NCBI GenBank assembly: GCA_048128005.1
Contig: JBEUKZ010000023.1
Span: 124,001-188,000, forward strand
DNA from: Veleropilina oligotropha
Taxonomy: Eukaryota
Direction: 5' to 3'
DNA length: 64,000 bases
Under the pieces are notes generated by a model. It worked only from the letters and a program-made list of their open reading frames with translations. It had not been told where the DNA came from and searched no databases. Below, piece after piece: positions 59,082 through 64,000 of this stretch (positions are counted from its first letter, which is position 1; every line of letters starts with the position of its first letter). Made by a program: the position numbers and the translations under genes.

Positions 59082-62000
59082 ATTAAAGCTGCTAGCAGCT
59101 GTGGAGGGCTCCAAGTTCTAGCCTCGGTTGTTGCACCACTCGCATTTTAGAATTTTTTTAATTTTTTTTAAAATTTTTTAAAAAATTTGAAAGTTTTTAG
59201 ATCGAATTTTTTTATTATTTCCATTCAAAATATCTAAGCTCTAGCATCAATATTAACCTAGTTGGCCATTTCGTGACCATTTTCTGGCAAAAATAGGGCG
59301 TTTTTCTTAATTAGGTCATTTACTGCAATGTAGGTCAACTGAGGTCAAAGGTCAAGGTCACATGTGAAAGATGAACCATGACTTCCCATAGGCTCCCCAT
59401 AGTAACTATGTGTCTGCGGTGCATCCTTTTTGATATATTGCCACTTGAAACAAATGCTTTAATGGCCGCCGAGGCACTTCCTGTTTTTCGATTTTATCAC
59501 GTAAATTTGATAAATGTCGACTACAGACATCAATAGTAGTTCAATTCAACCACTATGAGCATCCGTATATACACCTACGTACGAAATATCATTGCTCTAG
59601 TTGAATTTTTGTCAATTTTAATGGCCGACAATAGCGGGAAAATCTCAAAACGAGGCACTTAAAACAATATTTCAAAATCCATCTTTTTACAATGTTTAAG
59701 TAGGTTATAGATGAAGCGTTGTGCAAATTTTTAGAAAAATTCATTAAAAACTTTTTTAGCAATGGCCACAAACGCTGATTCCAAGATGGCGGCCGACCTA
59801 ATTACAAAAGTTTTGGCGACAATTCGTATGGATGACGAGTATATGCCCTTTAACTTTACATTGAAGCTCAATACTCTAAATGAAATTTTAACGAAGTTAT
59901 TCGCAAAAAAACGTTTTTTAAAAGCTTGCAAGAAACAAGATGGCCGCCGAACCGCTGGCGCCATCTATCACAAAGTCTAGCGTATACAACTTCAGACACA
60001 TATCTAGTGACATTTTAACTTATATATTGAAGATCAATATTGTAAATGAAATTTTAACGAAGTTATTCGCATAAAAGCGTTTTTTAAAAGCTTGCAAGAA
60101 ACAAGATGGCCGCCGAACCGCTACCGCCATCTATGCGAAATTAAAGGAGACACAACTCCAGTCCCATATCTAGTGACTTTCAAAAGCGTTTATGAAGCCA
60201 ACTTTTGATATTGCTTAAACGGTAATAAAAGGAATCGCAATAGTAAGTTTGAAGATATTACCTGTAACGGGTACTGAGATATGATTACAAGAGTAAATTC
60301 CAAGATGGCGGATGACCTACAAAACCGATATGGCCAAAATTGATTTATTTTGCAAGGCCACCGGTATTTGCGTATATATATATAAAATATCATTACTCTA
60401 GCTGTAACAGTTGTATAGATATTGCCATTTAAAGAAATTTTAATGGCCGCCAAAATCGGGAAAATCTCAAAACGAGGCACTTAAAACGATATTTCAGAAT
60501 CCATCTTTTTACAATGTTTAAGTAGTTGATAGATGGAGCGTTGTGCAAATATTTAGAAAAATTCATTAGAATTTTTTTTAGCAATGGCCCCAAACGCTAA
60601 TTCCAAGATGGCGGCTGACCTATTTACAAAAGTTTTGGCGAGAATTCGCATGGATGACGAGTGAATGCCTATTAACTTATATATTGAAGCTCAATGCTCT
60701 AAATGAAATTTTAACGAAGTTATTCGCATAAAAGCGTTTTTTAAAAGCTTGCAAGAAACAATATGGCCGCCGAACCGTTACCGCCATCTATCCGAAATTA
60801 GAGGAGACACAACTCCAGACCAATATCTAGTGACTTCCAAAAGCGCATGCTTCTAGCTTTTGTAGTTTCTGAGATAACTATGTGTCTACAGGATATAGTT
60901 TGCGTGATAGTGCTAATGTAAACATGTATGTAATGGCCACCGCGGCACTTCCTGTTTCGGTAAGCGAGGCAGTTTCGATTATTTTTTATGAAGCCATCTT
61001 TTGATATTGTTTAAAAGATATTAAAAGGAATCACATTGGTAAGTTTGAAGAAATTGCCATTAGCGGTTAATGAGATATTACGGCAAGCGCAAATTCCAAG
61101 ATGGCGGATGACCTACTTAACCGATTTTGCCAAAATTGGTTGCTTTTGCAAGGGCATCGCTATATGCAGCTATATAATTAATATCATTGCAGTAGATGTA
61201 GTAGTTTTATAGATATAGCCTTTTAAAGGTTTAAAATGGCCGCCAAAATCACGAAAAACCTCAAAACGAGGCACTTAAAAAAATATTTCAGACCCCATAT
61301 TTTTACAGTGTTTAAGTAGTGGAAATATGAACATTATGCCCATTTTTCAGAAGTATTCATCTCATACCCTTTGAACAATGGCTTTAAACGCAAAATCCAA
61401 GATGGCGGCTGACCTACTTTGTATTTTATAATGACGCTCCAGAATATTGATCGGTATTCAATGTACAACATGTTTGTAAATGTTCATTAGCCTGCATTAA
61501 GTATTTCCATAGATACCCCGCAATTACTGATTTAATTCGTCATTTATTAAATCCAAGATGGCGGATGACCTAATTAACCAATCACGCTATATTTTTTTCA
61601 GTCGCGAGAGGATATCTCCTAGTAGGTACCCTACAAATCTCATTGCTGTAGCTTTAATACATTTAGAGTGATTGGCATTTAAAGCATTTCAAAATGGCCG
61701 CCAAAGTCACTCGGAGACGTATTTGCCAAAACGAGGCCGTTTCGATTATTTTTGATGAAGCCATCTTTCGATATTGTTTAAAAGGTATTAAAAGCAATCA
61801 TATTGGTAAGTTTGAAGAAATTATATGTAACAGTTACTGATATATGCCTGCAAGCGCAAATTCCAAGATGGCCGATGACCTACTTAACCGATATTGCCAA
61901 AATTAATTTATTTTGCAAGGGCGTCAGTATATGTACCTAAATTTGTAATATCATTACTGTAGCTGTAATTGTTTTAGAGGTATTACCTTTTAAATAAATT

Positions 62001-62538
62001 TTAATGGCCGACAATATCGGGAAAATCTCAAAACGAGGCACTTAAAACAATATTTCAAAATCCATCTTTTTACAATGTTTAAGTAGGTTATAGATGAAGC
62101 GTTGTGCAAATTTTTAGAAAAATTCATTAAAAACTTTTTGAGCAATGGCCACAAACGCTGATTCCAAGATGGCGGCCGAACTAATTACAAAAGTTTTGGC
62201 GACAATTCGTATGGATGACGAGTATATGCCCTTTAACTTTACATTGAAGCTCAATACTCTAAATGAAATTTTAACGAAGGTATTCGCAAAAAACCGTTTT
62301 TTAAAAGCTTGCAAGAAACAAGATGGCCGCCGAACCGCTGGCGCCATCTATCACAAAATCTAGCGTATACAACTTCAGACACATATCTAGTGACATTCAA
62401 AAGCGCAAGCCTCTAGCTGTTGTAGTTTCTGAGATATAAGGTATACAAAACCGAGAGGAATAATAAAAAAAACTTCAGTAAAAACAATAGGTCTCCAAGC
62501 CAAAGCTTCCAAGCCAAAGCTTGCTTGGAGCCCTAATA
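59082..62538 (+). mobile_element. Large Helentron/HINE-like element with long internal tandem duplications
   Basis: Subterminal agggctccaag / cttggagccct, 3' hairpin, near-identical blocks ~59620-60013 and ~62000-62397, many ccaagatggcgg units. Confidence 0.65.
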
Positions 62539-63152
62539 ACTTTCTTCACTATTTTCTGAATTTTTTTACACATTCTACCTTTCCTAAACTATATATACCA
62601 TTAACTATTATTACTGTTATGCATTTAAATGTAAAAACAGTTTTGATGGATCCTTGCAGGCATAAACAAGGTGACTAGTTCATGATGCATGTATATAAGT
62701 CTGACATTATCCAGATCCTACAGCCATGGAAGTCATCCAGGGAGTAGGCTGCACTCAAGCATAATGTAAACAGAACGCAACTTACAATATATACAGAGAG
62801 GCATTTGGAATTCTCAAATATTTTGAGAAAAGATCAGGCACAACGCAAAACTGTTTGTGATCATCACCATGTCCTGACACTCGCTAGATGATGGTCGGGA
62901 CTTGGTAGACCAGGTCCCGGCTCATGGCGGTTTCTGTTTAATTCAGTCAAAATATATCATGAAAATCAAGCCATTGATCAGTACCCCCACATCTCGTATC
63001 TTATAGTTGTTGGATAAACAATTGACCGCCGTCCTTCAAATTTGATTGGACAATAGCAGTCTGCTGAAGTCAGGTCACGGAACTACTTTTTTCATTGATA
63101 AATGTTACAATTTTTACCATCAAACAAATGGCTCACGACTGCCGTAGACCTA

Positions 63153-63374
63153 AACAAGATTTTATAAATCTATGAAAAGCGTGAAAAGTAGGTCGCAGTG
63201 ACCTAATTTTGGTATGCGACACACCTTTGGGTTATGACGCATCCACACATCAAGTATGGTGTCCCTGAACGAAATATTATCGGAGATATGGAGCGGAAGG
63301 GAATTTGCAACAGACCTACAAGCCGACTCCTATATGCCCCCCCCCCCCCTTAAACTTCGTTTGTGGGGGCATAA
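63153..63374 (+). mobile_element. Short HINE-like element
   Basis: AACAAG start; 3' atgccccc…gggggcat hairpin. Confidence 0.5.
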
Positions 63375-64000
63375 TTATCTTCAATATTATTTATTTATGG
63401 TCAGATAACAATGAAATAGTGATATCCAACATATAGTTATGCTAAAGCATGCATATTGTTGCTTATATAGCATGATTGAGAATCTTTAACCAAAAACTTT
63501 AACTTCAAGTCCCAAAGCAGCATTTTATGGTAAAATACGAAGAATATTATCTTCAATATTATTTACTTAGTGTGAGGCAACGATGAAATAGTGATATCTA
63601 GCATATAGAAATGTTAAAACATGCATATTGTTGCTTATATAGCATGATTGAGAAACTTTAACCAAAAACTTTAACAGGAGAACCAATTGTTGACGCCGGT
63701 CGGCCGAACGGCCAGACGACATGCTCATTACATAGACTCGCATGCGAGCCAAAAATTATGCAGATTTCCTGATATAACAATAGCCCGTTAGAAAATGGAT
63801 TCATCCCCCGCCTTAACTCTGATATAAACTTTAACCAAAATTTATTTATATGTCCAAACACATCAAGTTTCTTCAATATTTATACAAAATAATATTCAAT
63901 ATCATTGCTAGAGTAAAAGGTTGTATCAATATAAGCATCACCAAAGAATATGTATATAATGGAACAGAATGGAAATTCACTCAACTTTAGCAAAAATTTC

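Noticed and set aside
59589..62363. Duplicated 72-77 aa ORFs (MATNADSK…, MAPAVRRPS…)
   Set aside because: They arise from tandem duplication inside a non-coding repeat element; no protein features.

Overview
AT-rich, repeat-dense animal (probably marine invertebrate) genomic DNA with three main components. (1) 1-~6350: the right part of a GC-rich, intron-less, tightly packed endogenous Polinton/Maverick-like virus (adintovirus-like). It has a major capsid gene running off the window edge (missed by the ORF track), two frameshifted membrane-protein genes, a penton-like minor capsid gene, a membrane-active 'GasderminX'-like ORF, an intact secreted Cys-rich ORF with cystine-knot-like spacing, a Zn-finger ORF and a repeated terminal region. 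(2) ~6400-12750: a cluster of tRNA-derived SINEs followed by a decayed APE-RT-RNase H LINE. (3) ~13700-56100: a minus-strand SEPT2-group septin gene. I reconstructed 10 core coding exons with consistent splice phases, an intron just after the stop codon, and up to three candidate alternative first exons. Its introns hold many nested transposons: an AcademX element with a 3-bp TSD and an adjacent empty-site copy, CAG-ended hAT-like MITEs with 5/6-bp TSDs, Tc1/mariner and Harbinger MITEs, Helitrons, Helentron/HINE-like tandem-repeat elements and V-domain SINEs. All family calls come from motif recognition by eye; no database search was run.
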